Part shown: piece after piece, positions 57,942-64,000 of the stretch
How positions within the stretch are numbered: the stretch's first letter is position 1
Layout of the letters: every line of letters begins with the position of its first letter
Source: an uncultured Acidobacteriota bacterium
GTDB taxonomy: Bacteria > Actinomycetota > Acidimicrobiia > Spongiisociales > ZC4RG35
Direction: 5' to 3'
DNA length: 64,000 bases
Assembly (NCBI GenBank): GCA_963828465.1
Contig: CAWHEU010000022.1
Coordinates: 448,001-512,000 of the forward strand
Made by a program: the position numbers and the translations under genes
The notes under the pieces: generated by a model
The model's input: only the letters and a program-made list of their open reading frames with translations
What the model was told of the DNA's origin: nothing
Database searches by the model: none

Positions 57942-59657
57942 CTACTGGTAGGAGACGAAGACGGGGACCGGAGAATGGTCGATGGTGTAAGTCGGGGTCG
58001 CGGTCTCGGGCGAGTCCTCGTCGAAGAAGTTCTTCCAGCCCCACTTCCAATGCGCTTCCTCGGTTCCCGCCGTCAGGAAGGCATAGGTTTCGTCCTTGGT
58101 GGGAATCGGGCCCTGGCCGTCCATCTGGATGACCATCTGCAGCTCGGGTCGCTGCTTCAGCCTTTCCCTGTTCACGATCATTGTCGACTTGAACTGGTGG
58201 ACGATCAGCATCTTCTGGGGCAGGCTGTTGGTCTTGACCAGATCGGCGAGCCAGTTGACAACGGAATTGACCTCGGCTGCACCCACCCGACCGATTTGTC
58301 GCAAGTGCACCTGGTCGGGGAGGAGTCGCCACTCCGGGTCCAGGGCGAGGCCGACGTTCGGCAGCTTGAGCAACTCCTCGTATTGCTTGGCCTGGGTGAG
58401 AAAGTCCTCGCGGCCCGGTTGGAGGTCGAGGATCACGTACATCCCGTTCTCCCGGGCAAACTGAATCCAGGGGGCCAGGCTCTCGGGTGAGGACTCCTCG
58501 CTGTAGTCGCCATCTGTCGGGCCGGAAGCGGCGACGCTCGCGATGATCTCGAATGTGGGGATCACCTGGGCACCGTCGGCGGCGTATTCGGAGAGGAGTG
58601 GCTGCATTCGGGCCAGGGTCTCGGCGGGGCCCTGCTCTCCGAGGGCCCCGAGCCCCCCCGCCACCGGGTGCCCGTAGAACGCGACATATCTTCGCGGCAC
58701 GGACGCGGGAAAAACGTGAAAACCTCCGCCCGGCACCTGCACGCCTCTGATCAGCGTGTCGATCTCCCAGGCCGTTGCGGTGGGCTCGGCGCCCAGGTAG
58801 CGGATGGCGGATGGGGGCCGTCCGGCCAGAGCCGGTCCGACTATGGGATAGCGGAGGATGTTGGCCGGGTCATACGCCACCACCGAGGCGCCAATGGCAC
58901 GACCAGTGGCCGCCGCCGAGAGGATGGACACTGGCTGAGACGCGGGGACCATCCAGGCGAATTCTGACCCGGATGGGGCGGCGAGCCCTCGGATTAGAGC
59001 GGCCGGGTCGATCACGGGAGCAGCGGGGACTGTGGTGTTAGGTGTTTCTACGGCGCGCTGGGGGACCACCACACGATCGCGGATCGTCAGGCCCCCGATG
59101 GTCTCGACGACCGTCGATGCATCGGCGACCGGTGGGAGCGGGACATTTCCAGCCGCGCCCAGGGTGTTTCGGGCGAGAGCGACCGCTTCGGGAATAGCCG
59201 GCCGAAGCAGTCCTGCGTCCGGCGGTGTGGCTACTTCGATACCCCCCATTAGATGGACCGTCAAGGGGTCGAGCCGTTCCAACTCCCCGGCGAGCTCAGA
59301 GTGGGGGTGAAGAAGCGGTGCCCCGAGGGCCGCGGCGAGCTGGGCAGCCACGGCGACCTCGTCGAGGTTGTTCTCGGACACCACCACCGCGTGGTCGGAG
59401 CATGGGAAGATCTCCCTCGACAAAGCCAGGGCATCGCCGGCGACGGAGCCGGTAGCGATCGGTGCCGTGCCTCCAGCTACCGGTGTGCAGACCCGCTGCG
59501 GCGGCGGCGTTGTGGTGACTGGGGTAGGGGCGAGCGTCGTCGACGTAGTGCTCGATGTGGACGTGGTGACTACCGAGATCGTCTCGGTCGGTGTCTCCCC
59601 GACGACAACACTGCACGCGGCTAGGGCGCATAGGAGCAGGCGAAATACGTGTTTCAT
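57942..59657 (-). CDS. Secreted lipoprotein with cell-wall-binding-like repeats and conserved C-terminal domain
   Basis: LAAC lipobox; Thr/Pro linker; AAQLAAALGAPLL; VAFYGHP, LDLQPGR, ALDPEW, IVHQF, KNFFDED. Confidence 0.72.
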   Translation of the reverse strand: MKHVFRLLLCALAACSVVVGETPTETISVVTTSTSSTTSTTLAPTPVTTTPPPQRVCTPVAGGTAPIATGSVAGDALALSREIFPCSDHAVVVSENNLDEVAVAAQLAAALGAPLLHPHSELAGELERLDPLTVHLMGGIEVATPPDAGLLRPAIPEAVALARNTLGAAGNVPLPPVADASTVVETIGGLTIRDRVVVPQRAVETPNTTVPAAPVIDPAALIRGLAAPSGSEFAWMVPASQPVSILSAAATGRAIGASVVAYDPANILRYPIVGPALAGRPPSAIRYLGAEPTATAWEIDTLIRGVQVPGGGFHVFPASVPRRYVAFYGHPVAGGLGALGEQGPAETLARMQPLLSEYAADGAQVIPTFEIIASVAASGPTDGDYSEESSPESLAPWIQFARENGMYVILDLQPGREDFLTQAKQYEELLKLPNVGLALDPEWRLLPDQVHLRQIGRVGAAEVNSVVNWLADLVKTNSLPQKMLIVHQFKSTMIVNRERLKQRPELQMVIQMDGQGPIPTKDETYAFLTAGTEEAHWKWGWKNFFDEDSPETATPTYTIDHSPVPVFVSYQ

Positions 59658-59693
59658 GGGGGGGAACCGGGGTCAGGGTACCGATGTCTGGTT

Positions 59694-60887
59694 TCAATCT
59701 CGGCGACGCGCCTGCCAGACCAAACCGATAGAGACGAGGGCAGCGCCAATGACCCAAACGCTCAGAGGCACGTAGAACGAGAGAAAGGCGCACGAGATCA
59801 GCCCCAGCCATGCGGTCCAGCGCCGGCGGTCGAGTGCGAGCGCCGACAGGTTGGTGATCCCGTAATAGAGAAGGATGGTGAAGGCGGAAAAGCTCCAGGC
59901 GATGGCGAGGTCGCCCACCCCGACGATGATGAGGACAGGTACAGCACTGATCGAGATCGCGGTCGCCGGAGAAGAGCGATGATCGAGCCTGGAGAGACGC
60001 CGCGGCATGTCGTTGCGTCGACCCATGGCCAGCCAGACGCGGGATAGGCCGAGTATCAGGTTGAGAAGGGCACCGAGCATCGCAGCGATCCCGCCGATCG
60101 TGACCACGTACGGCCCCGTCACGAGGTCGACCAAGGTCGCACCGCCCTCTATGCCGGATCCCCAATGCTCACCACCCAGCGACCTCCCTCCGATGGCGAC
60201 CAATCCGTAGAGGCACACTGCGAGGGCGAGGGTCCACATCACCGCCCTGGGAATGGTGACCTCGGGTCGGCGCACTTCCTCGCCGAGGGTGGCGATTCGG
60301 CCGTACCCGGTGTAGGCGACGAAAAGGAAAGAGATCGCTGGGAGAAGACCGAGTCGAATCGAGTCCCCGTCGATTGGCGGTTGGGGACTGGCCTGGGTCA
60401 GAGCGGCGAACCCGAAGACAAGGAGCGCGCCCACGGTCACGATGACGAGGACCGAATTGACAATGATCGTTCGTTTGAGACCGGCCAAGACGAGCGCTGT
60501 CAACACCACCACGGCCACGCCCGCCGATATCCGGGGATCCCACGGTGCGTCGAGGAACGCCGCCACGCCGAGGGCGGCGGCAGCTGCCGATGCGGTTTTG
60601 GCCAGGAGGAAGAGCCAGCCGGCCGTGAATCCCCAGGATGCTCCAAGGGTGCGGTACCCGTATTCGTAGGCACCGCCGGCCACGGGAAATCGGCCGGCGA
60701 GAAAGGCGGAGGAAAGACCGTTGAAGAGGGCGACTGCACCAGCGACCGGGATCGCCATCAGGACGGCGTCACCCCACAGTCCGGAGGCGACCCCGATGGC
60801 GACGAAGGCCCCGGTGCCGAGTATCGACCCCAGCCCGGTGACGATCGCCCCGCCGAGACCCATCTCACGGCGGAGGACCTGGGCCAT
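59694..60887 (-). CDS. APC family amino acid permease
   Basis: GLGSILGTG, AGGAYEYG, FVAYTGYGRIATLGEEV; own ATG overlaps the SRAP stop (TGATG). Confidence 0.88.
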   Translation of the reverse strand: MAQVLRREMGLGGAIVTGLGSILGTGAFVAIGVASGLWGDAVLMAIPVAGAVALFNGLSSAFLAGRFPVAGGAYEYGYRTLGASWGFTAGWLFLLAKTASAAAAALGVAAFLDAPWDPRISAGVAVVVLTALVLAGLKRTIIVNSVLVIVTVGALLVFGFAALTQASPQPPIDGDSIRLGLLPAISFLFVAYTGYGRIATLGEEVRRPEVTIPRAVMWTLALAVCLYGLVAIGGRSLGGEHWGSGIEGGATLVDLVTGPYVVTIGGIAAMLGALLNLILGLSRVWLAMGRRNDMPRRLSRLDHRSSPATAISISAVPVLIIVGVGDLAIAWSFSAFTILLYYGITNLSALALDRRRWTAWLGLISCAFLSFYVPLSVWVIGAALVSIGLVWQARRRD

Positions 60888-61571
60888 CAGAAGAGGCTGT
60901 CTGTCTCTGCCTTTTCCCGCAGCTCGGGTCCGTTGTTCTTCACCGAGTTCACCCTGCTCGACACGGCATGCTCCATGATCATGTCGGGATCGATTGGTTG
61001 AAGGAGGCCCGCCACCTCCTCGGGGTCGCGGCAGGTCACGGTCGAGCCACGCGTTCCATACCGAGGGGACGAGGGAAACCGGCATCCGGTCGTGGAGCGC
61101 TGAGACCGGTCCCTCGGCGCCGGTGGTGATGATGGAACAGGTGCGATTCCAGATTTCGGTGTCCGGATCGAGTCTCGAGGCCCAGATCCCGGCGAACGCC
61201 ATTGGGTGTCCATCGGCGCGGTAGACCCAGTGGGGGGTCCGCCCCAATTCTTTGGGCTCCCACTCATAGAAGCCGTCGGCCGGGATCAGACAGCGTCTCC
61301 GGGAAAAGGAATCTCTGAATGCCGACGTGCTTGCGACTGTTTCGGCTCGGGCGTTGATGTGTATCGAGCGGGCGTCCTTGGCCCAGTGGGGCACCAGCCC
61401 CCAGGGCATCGAGCCGAGGGACCTCACCCCGTCACGCTCGGCGATGACATAAACGGGGTCGGTAGGAGCTACGTTCCAATTCGGCTCGATCCGCTGGGCC
61501 AGGACTTCGTCTACACCGAAGTACTCGGCGTAGAAATCGAGGTCACCGGTGATCGAGAAACGACCGCACAC
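60887..61571 (-). CDS. SRAP/HMCES abasic-site protein (YedK-like), one frameshift near 61030
   Basis: MCGRF N-terminal Cys, NVAPT, WGLVP.W, INARAE, GFYEW, HDRMP; tail VSSRVNSVKNNGPEL in a second frame. Confidence 0.88.
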
Positions 61572-61600
61572 AGCCCGAGGTTAGAGGCAGGATCGACATC

Positions 61601-62311
61601 TCATCCCTCGGAGCGGAGGGTTACGAGGGTCTCGAGGAGATCGGCGAGGGCCGACGGGTCAGGGACGGTGACCTTGGCCAGGCTGGGGCCGAGACCGACA
61701 TGGACACCGAGGTCGCCGGGCCCGAGCGCGGCAAAGGCTGTCTCGTCGGTCACATCGTCGCCCATGAACAGCACACGGTCGGCCCCTACCTCATTTTTGA
61801 CCTTCCGCAGTGCGACACCCTTGTCCACCGAGGAGTCGGACAGCTCGACGATCTTCTTGCCATCGAGAACCTTCAGCCCATCGATCGTCGAGGCGCGGCG
61901 CCGCAGCTCCTCCACCACGGCATCGGGGTCGGCCGCGAGGCGGTAGTGGAATCCGACCGACCGCGCCTTGTGCTCGGCCCGGGATCCCGGCGCGGCCTGC
62001 GTGGCCGCGTCGACCAACCGGCGTGCCTCAGTGAGCGCCGGAGATTCGGGGCCGGTGCCGGCCCCATGGTCGGCGCCGTGCTCTCCGATGAGAATGAATG
62101 ACGGATGGTCGAATCGCTCCACGAGATCGGCGCGGCGACGACCACTGATCACAGCCACCGTCGTGTCTTCGATGCCGGCCAAGGCCTCGAGAGCAGCCTT
62201 TGACCGGGCGAGTGGCGTGGCCAGGTCGGGGTCTTCGACGATCTCCGCCAGCGTGCCGTCGAAATCACTGGCGACGAGCAGGCGCTTGGTTGTCGCCAGC
62301 TCCTCGATCAT
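61601..62311 (-). CDS. otsB: Trehalose-6-phosphate phosphatase
   Basis: DFDGTL, ISGR, GEHG, HYR, DKG, GDDVTDE. Confidence 0.92.
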   Translation of the reverse strand: MIEELATTKRLLVASDFDGTLAEIVEDPDLATPLARSKAALEALAGIEDTTVAVISGRRRADLVERFDHPSFILIGEHGADHGAGTGPESPALTEARRLVDAATQAAPGSRAEHKARSVGFHYRLAADPDAVVEELRRRASTIDGLKVLDGKKIVELSDSSVDKGVALRKVKNEVGADRVLFMGDDVTDETAFAALGPGDLGVHVGLGPSLAKVTVPDPSALADLLETLVTLRSEG

Positions 62312-63693
62312 CCTTCGATCGCCTCGAGATTCTGGCGGGCCCACGTGTGGACGTCGAGCCTTCCCACCGTTCTCCTCAGCCTCGACATCCGTCTTGTTTG
62401 TTCCTCGGGGTCCATGACGACTGCCTCATGCAGAGCCACTGCCAGACCGTCGAGGTCGTACGGGTTCACGATGAGAGCGTCGGTTAGGCGCTCGGCTGCG
62501 CCGGCGAACTCGCTGAGAATCAAGGCACCCCGGTTGTCGTTTCGGGTTGCGACGTACTCCAGTGCCACGAGATTCATGCCGTCACGCAACGGCGTGATCA
62601 TCATCACGTCGGCGGCGAGATAGGCCCCGACCAGGTCTTCGAAGGAGTAGTTCCGATAGAGGTAATGAACCGGCGTCCATGACGCTCGGGCGAACCTTCC
62701 GTTGATCCGGCCCACCATCTCCTCGACCCGGCGTCGAATCGCCTGGTACTCGCCGACGTCCTCGCGGCTGGGCACGGCGATCTGGATGAACGAGACCTTT
62801 CCGATGAGCTCCGGATGGCGCTGCAACATGACCTCGAATGCACGGAGCCTGAGGTCGATCCCCTTGGAGTAATCGAGCCGGTCGACACCGAGGATCACAT
62901 GTTCAGGGTCTCCCAGATCGCTGCGGAGCCGTTCGGCGGCTTCTTTTGCCTCGGGGGCATTTCCCGCGGCCTTGCTCTGAGCGAGATCGACCGAGATCGG
63001 CACCGCCTGGGCCCTCACCAGACGGCCGTCGTACTCGAGGGCCGAGGCGGGGCCTTGTGCGCCCGTGATCTCGCGGGCGGCGGCAGCGAAGTTGAGCACG
63101 GCGCGCCGGGTCTGGAAGCCGAGGTAGTCGGCCCCGAGGAGACCTTCGAGGACCTGACGCCGCCAAGGAAGCCGCTCGAAGATGTCGACCGGTGGGAACG
63201 GGATGTGGAGGAAGAACCCGATCCTCACCCCAGGCAGTCGCTGGCGGACCATGGCCGGGACCAGTTGCAGCTGGTAGTCGTGCACCCAGACCTTGCCCTC
63301 GGGCCCGGCCGCACGAGCGACCGCCCGGGCGAAACGATCATTCACCTCCTGGTGGGGGTGCCACCAGTGCCGATGGAATTCGAGGGGACGGATGGCGTCG
63401 TGGTAGAGGGGCCATATCGTCCCGCTGCAGAAGCCGTCGTAGTGGTTCTCGACCTCTGACTCGGAGAGCACGACCGGCCGGTTCCGGATACCTGCGGCCG
63501 TGAACGACTTGGTGTCGCCACCGGGTCCCCCGTTCCAGCCCACCCACACCCCTCCGTTCTCACGGAGCACAGGCGCCAGGGCAGAGACGAGACCGCCGGG
63601 GCTGGTCTTCCATTTGCCGCTCCGCTCGTCCCAGGCGACGGGGAGACGATGGGCAGCCACCACGAGAGGGCTCCGGCCGCCATCTGGTTCCAC
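62308..63693 (-). CDS. otsA: Trehalose-6-phosphate synthase
   Basis: GGLVSAL, WPLYH, WVHDYQL, FLHIPFP, DRLDYSKG, RDGMNLVA; start approximate. Confidence 0.94.
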   Translation of the reverse strand: MEPDGGRSPLVVAAHRLPVAWDERSGKWKTSPGGLVSALAPVLRENGGVWVGWNGGPGGDTKSFTAAGIRNRPVVLSESEVENHYDGFCSGTIWPLYHDAIRPLEFHRHWWHPHQEVNDRFARAVARAAGPEGKVWVHDYQLQLVPAMVRQRLPGVRIGFFLHIPFPPVDIFERLPWRRQVLEGLLGADYLGFQTRRAVLNFAAAAREITGAQGPASALEYDGRLVRAQAVPISVDLAQSKAAGNAPEAKEAAERLRSDLGDPEHVILGVDRLDYSKGIDLRLRAFEVMLQRHPELIGKVSFIQIAVPSREDVGEYQAIRRRVEEMVGRINGRFARASWTPVHYLYRNYSFEDLVGAYLAADVMMITPLRDGMNLVALEYVATRNDNRGALILSEFAGAAERLTDALIVNPYDLDGLAVALHEAVVMDPEEQTRRMSRLRRTVGRLDVHTWARQNLEAIEG

Positions 63694-63776
63694 GGCTACG
63701 ACGATACCCGCTGCCCCGGACCCCCCAACCCGGCCATTTCGACGCCGCAGCACCGGGAGAATGGGAACATCGGGGC

Positions 63777-64000
63777 GTGCTGGCCGCGTTGAACATCGTG
63801 GCGATCGGTCTCGGCCTCGGAGCCGGGAGCCTCGCCGCCACCATTCTCGCTCTGACACTGGGCGGGCTACTGACGGTCGCCGGTGTGGAGGGAGGGGCCG
63901 ACATCGGCCTTGTCGTAGGAGTCGTGCTCGGATTGGCCGTGGCGGGCTGGGTCTCGGGTCAGATGGCCCGGCACTCCGAACGATTCCATGGCGCGGTGAC
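63777..64000 (+). CDS. Membrane protein, truncated by the window end
   Basis: Open Gly/hydrophobic frame VLAALNIVAIGLGLGAG... running to the edge. Confidence 0.55.
   Translation, partial: MLAALNIVAIGLGLGAGSLAATILALTLGGLLTVAGVEGGADIGLVVGVVLGLAVAGWVSGQMARHSERFHGAV

Noticed and set aside
59694-61571. Apparent 625-aa SRAP-amino acid permease fusion
   Set aside because: The real SRAP tail is in another frame and ends at a TGATG overlap with the permease ATG; one indel near 61030 explains the fusion.
1-64000. CRISPR array, rRNA, intact transposase or defence system
   Set aside because: No regularly spaced repeats or diagnostic motifs were seen by eye.

Overview
High-GC, gene-dense chromosomal window from an actinobacterium. 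The lineage is inferred from WhiB, an F420-dependent LLM enzyme, the PspC two-component module and leaderless genes; Acidimicrobiia is plausible but not provable here. It is mostly housekeeping and metabolic: two sugar ABC loci (ROK- and DeoR-regulated), ilvC/ilvD, a zf-UBP/REC-TrxB/cNMP-kinase module, a form-II CoxSLM-like molybdoenzyme, pncA/pncB, a PspC-HK-RR module, otsAB and two tRNAs (Ile2-CAT, Val-TAC). Highlights: (1) an unannotated ~1.9 kb relic element in tRNA-Ile2, bounded by a degenerate tRNA copy and holding an integrase C-terminal stub, a hairpin-rich non-coding segment and a frameshifted phage-type HNH gene; (2) a complete WhiB7/WblC-type regulatory unit (AT-box promoter, uORF, antiterminator, terminator) converging on a sigma factor that keeps the WhiB-docking HP motif; (3) a DEAD-box helicase fused to a canonical RRM; (4) stop codons that repeatedly double as -10 boxes of leaderless genes. 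Several frameshifts (GH13, SLH, SRAP, HNH) may be assembly errors. All calls come from reading motifs by eye; no database search was run.
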